Part shown: positions 40,861 to 42,018 of the stretch, piece after piece
Layout of the letters: every line of letters begins with the position of its first letter
Numbering within the stretch: position 1 is the stretch's first letter
Assembly: GCA_016208545.1 (NCBI GenBank)
Contig: JACQXU010000048.1
Coordinates: 1-42,018, forward strand
Source of the DNA: Candidatus Uhrbacteria bacterium
Lineage (GTDB): Bacteria; Patescibacteriota; Patescibacteriia; UBA9934; GWF2-40-263
Length of the DNA stretch: 42,018 nt
Reading direction: 5' to 3'
Notes under the pieces: generated by a model
Databases searched by the model: none
Seen by the model: the letters and a program-made list of their open reading frames with translations, nothing else
What the model was told of the DNA's origin: nothing
Made by a program: the position numbers and the translations under genes

Positions 40861-41735
40861 GGATCCTCCTCGTCTCCAAAACCGATTTGAAATCCGACGC
40901 CGATTCCAGTGAGTACAACTGCGAGCCCGGCAGTCCCAACCGCTGTCCAGCCAAAAGCGTTCGCGCGATCGCGATAGCCCGGCAGATCAGAATCCGGAGT
41001 TGACTGTGCGTTGAAGAACGACTTTTCGCGGAGCGCAAGAGCGTAAAACGTTCCAGCGACCAGTGTTGAAACCCCTGCCACGATATACCATGGAGCCGGC
41101 TTTTTCCAAGTCGGCGTTGTATCAAGCCCCAAGTCTTTGGCTGTAACGCCGTAAACATTTTTACCCCAGACCGGCAATTTCTCGCCTAGCTGAATGTAGC
41201 GGGTTTCGATCCACACGTCTTTTGGGCCGTAGACTTGAATGACAAGCGGGGTTGAAGAAAGCCTTGGCGCATTTCTCACACCGCCAACGATCGCGTATCC
41301 GCCTTCTGGCGCAAACACTGATTCCGGAAGTCCGTCGTCTTCGTTTGCCGCGCGAGCATAAAGTTCGTTCAGACGATGTCCAACTGGCGCAATGCTCTCT
41401 GGCAATTCGTAACCTGGCTCAAGTCTCCGTGCCGCGTGAAACTCTGCGATCACGCGAGCGTCGTTGTGACGCGTGAAAGCGTCAAGCGCCATTAGCCGAT
41501 GAAACGCGGCCGCGTCTGATGGACTAATCGGTTCTGCAACACAAACTACGATTTGCTCTCTGGCACGTTGTGCTTGTTGAAGAAGCTCGGCCACGTTCAT
41601 GTCAGAAAACGCGTTCTCGCCTTGGATTGCCGCCTGCCGAAGTTCGGAGGCAGACACGGGACTTGGACAGATCGCTTGGGCAGACTTGGCCCAAATCAGC
41701 GCCGCCATGGCGCAAAGAAACATGACATTTCGCAT
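40857..41735 (-). CDS. Hypothetical exported or membrane protein, translationally coupled to the kinase
   Basis: Signal peptide MRNVMFLCAMAALIWAKSAQA (ATG at 41735 preferred). Two C-terminal TM helices. ATGA overlap with the kinase start. Same GC-rich composition. Confidence 0.6.
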   Translation of the reverse strand: MRNVMFLCAMAALIWAKSAQAICPSPVSASELRQAAIQGENAFSDMNVAELLQQAQRAREQIVVCVAEPISPSDAAAFHRLMALDAFTRHNDARVIAEFHAARRLEPGYELPESIAPVGHRLNELYARAANEDDGLPESVFAPEGGYAIVGGVRNAPRLSSTPLVIQVYGPKDVWIETRYIQLGEKLPVWGKNVYGVTAKDLGLDTTPTWKKPAPWYIVAGVSTLVAGTFYALALREKSFFNAQSTPDSDLPGYRDRANAFGWTAVGTAGLAVVLTGIGVGFQIGFGDEEDP

Positions 41736-41871
41736 ACCGCCTCCAATTCTCGCTTTGTCATTGCGAGGGCTATTCTTAGCACAATTCCATCCAAACGTCA
41801 ATTGTTTGTACACTTACCCTTATGAGGTGACAATATGCTAGGTTAGGGGTAACAAAGGGTAACTCCTTTGA

Positions 41872-42018
41872 AATATACCTAAAAACCATACCCCTGCAGC
41901 TCCAAGAGATATTAGATTCCGTTGGTATAAACAGGTCGAACAATACAACAAGACTGTTCAAGAAGTTTGTGAAATTTTTGGGATCTCAAAAAAGACTTAC
42001 TATAAATGGTACAGACGC
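41872..42018 (+). mobile_element. 5' part of an IS transposase ORF (HTH region), truncated by the window end
   Basis: Own translation of the open frame after the TGA at 41869-41871: NIPKNHTPAAPRDIRFRWYKQVEQYNKTVQEVCEIFGISKKTYYKWYRR. The (F/Y)GIS(K/R)KT(F/Y)YKW pattern is typical of IS3/IS481-type N-terminal HTH domains. No ATG/GTG/TTG in the open frame, so the start is unresolved. Confidence 0.55.

Noticed and set aside
1-42018. Alternative genetic code (UGA recoding as in Gracilibacteria/Absconditabacteria)
   Set aside because: TGA terminates several well-supported genes exactly where the next gene starts (virB4, the 517-aa ORF, VirB6-like, kinase). All conserved genes are full length under code 11. 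The only anomalous stop is a TAA, in the HAD gene.

Overview
Chromosomal segment of a small, roughly 40% GC bacterial genome. The gene content and repeat families suggest Patescibacteria/CPR, but that is inference only. Standard code 11 fits: TGA is used as a stop and the long ORFs are intact. Layout: (1) a minus-strand housekeeping block at 78-11611 (dnaE, small membrane protein, pheT, pheS, M50 site-2 protease, hypothetical, tyrS, nonsense-interrupted HAD-IIB hydrolase); (2) a plus-strand block at 11612-21228 (lemA, htpX, clpC-like, then an envelope locus of membrane protein, TolB-like propeller, DsbA and a T4SS-pilin-like/amidase fusion, then radA); (3) recG; (4) a tRNA-associated variable region at 23.3-26.7 kb (tRNA-Arg plus a decayed insertion-riddled tRNA-Arg-like copy, membrane protein, GC-rich frameshifted transposase remnant, 172-bp inverted-repeat element, tRNA-Ser fragment, two tRNA-Ser genes, AT-rich M14-like peptidase); (5) a tightly coupled minus-strand type IV secretion-like operon at 26.7-37.4 kb (M23 lipoprotein, VirB6-like with a giant charged tail, 517-aa unknown, PrgI/VirB3-like, VirB4 N-domain-only paralog, VirB4 ATPase, VirB8/TcpC-like, ComFC), with no relaxase or coupling protein in the window; (6) a MITE, serS, a GC-rich Ser/Thr kinase plus membrane partner, and the start of an IS transposase at the right edge. 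The window also carries several families of short palindromic or short-period repeats, and some sit in frame inside genes (pheT, virB4, the M23 gene, the kinase gene, the 517-aa ORF). All functional calls rest on reading motifs in the supplied translations. No database search was run.
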